From Macrostomum lignano (Eukaryota): a stretch of 64,000 nt of DNA. Shown here piece by piece: positions 63,916 to 64,000 of the stretch. The stretch is from NCBI GenBank assembly GCA_002269645.1, contig NIVC01003666.1, forward strand, positions 20,071 to 84,070, written 5' to 3'. Each line of letters opens with the position of its first letter. Position 1 is the stretch's first letter. The translations under genes were made by a program, and so were the position numbers. The notes beneath the pieces are model-generated. The model was not told where the DNA came from and searched no databases. It saw only the letters and a list, made by a program, of their open reading frames with translations.

Positions 63916-64000
63916 GTGAGTACTCACAGCTTCTCAGGATTGTCAGTGTATTTTTGTAGGGCCTGAAATGGAGCTGAAACCTGCCCAATCCCGATATGAC

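Overview
This is eukaryotic (metazoan) genomic DNA. The GC-rich, Ala/Gly/Gln-rich exons and dense intronic minisatellites resemble a free-living flatworm such as Macrostomum, but that is inference only. Roughly 45% of the window (hand estimate) is tandem repeat, about 35 different arrays, and these explain almost all long ORFs in the track. I reconstructed seven genes by hand. (1) A Son-of-sevenless-like RasGEF, 5'-partial, 10 exons, 1..21195 (+). (2) A signal-peptide plus single perforin-type C2 domain gene carrying small frameshifts, about 23807..24541 (-), absent from the ORF track. (3) A two-exon PTB/PID-domain adaptor, 32691..33996 (+). (4) An intronless neuropeptide class A GPCR with D2.50 replaced by Q, 43003..44481 (-). 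(5) A secreted protein with a degenerate vWA domain, 53076..54401 (-). (6) A 65-aa secreted inhibitor-cystine-knot peptide, 55501..55698 (-). (7) The first four exons of an anion-type Cys-loop receptor, 62092..63915 (+). Mobile elements are two non-autonomous hAT elements with 8-bp TSDs, one internally deleted RTE-clade LINE with a TSD, and two tRNA-headed CORE-type SINEs. The best candidates for something new are the small secreted effector-like genes (C2-only protein, knottin, MIDAS-less vWA protein). No CRISPR array, rRNA or bona fide tRNA is supported.
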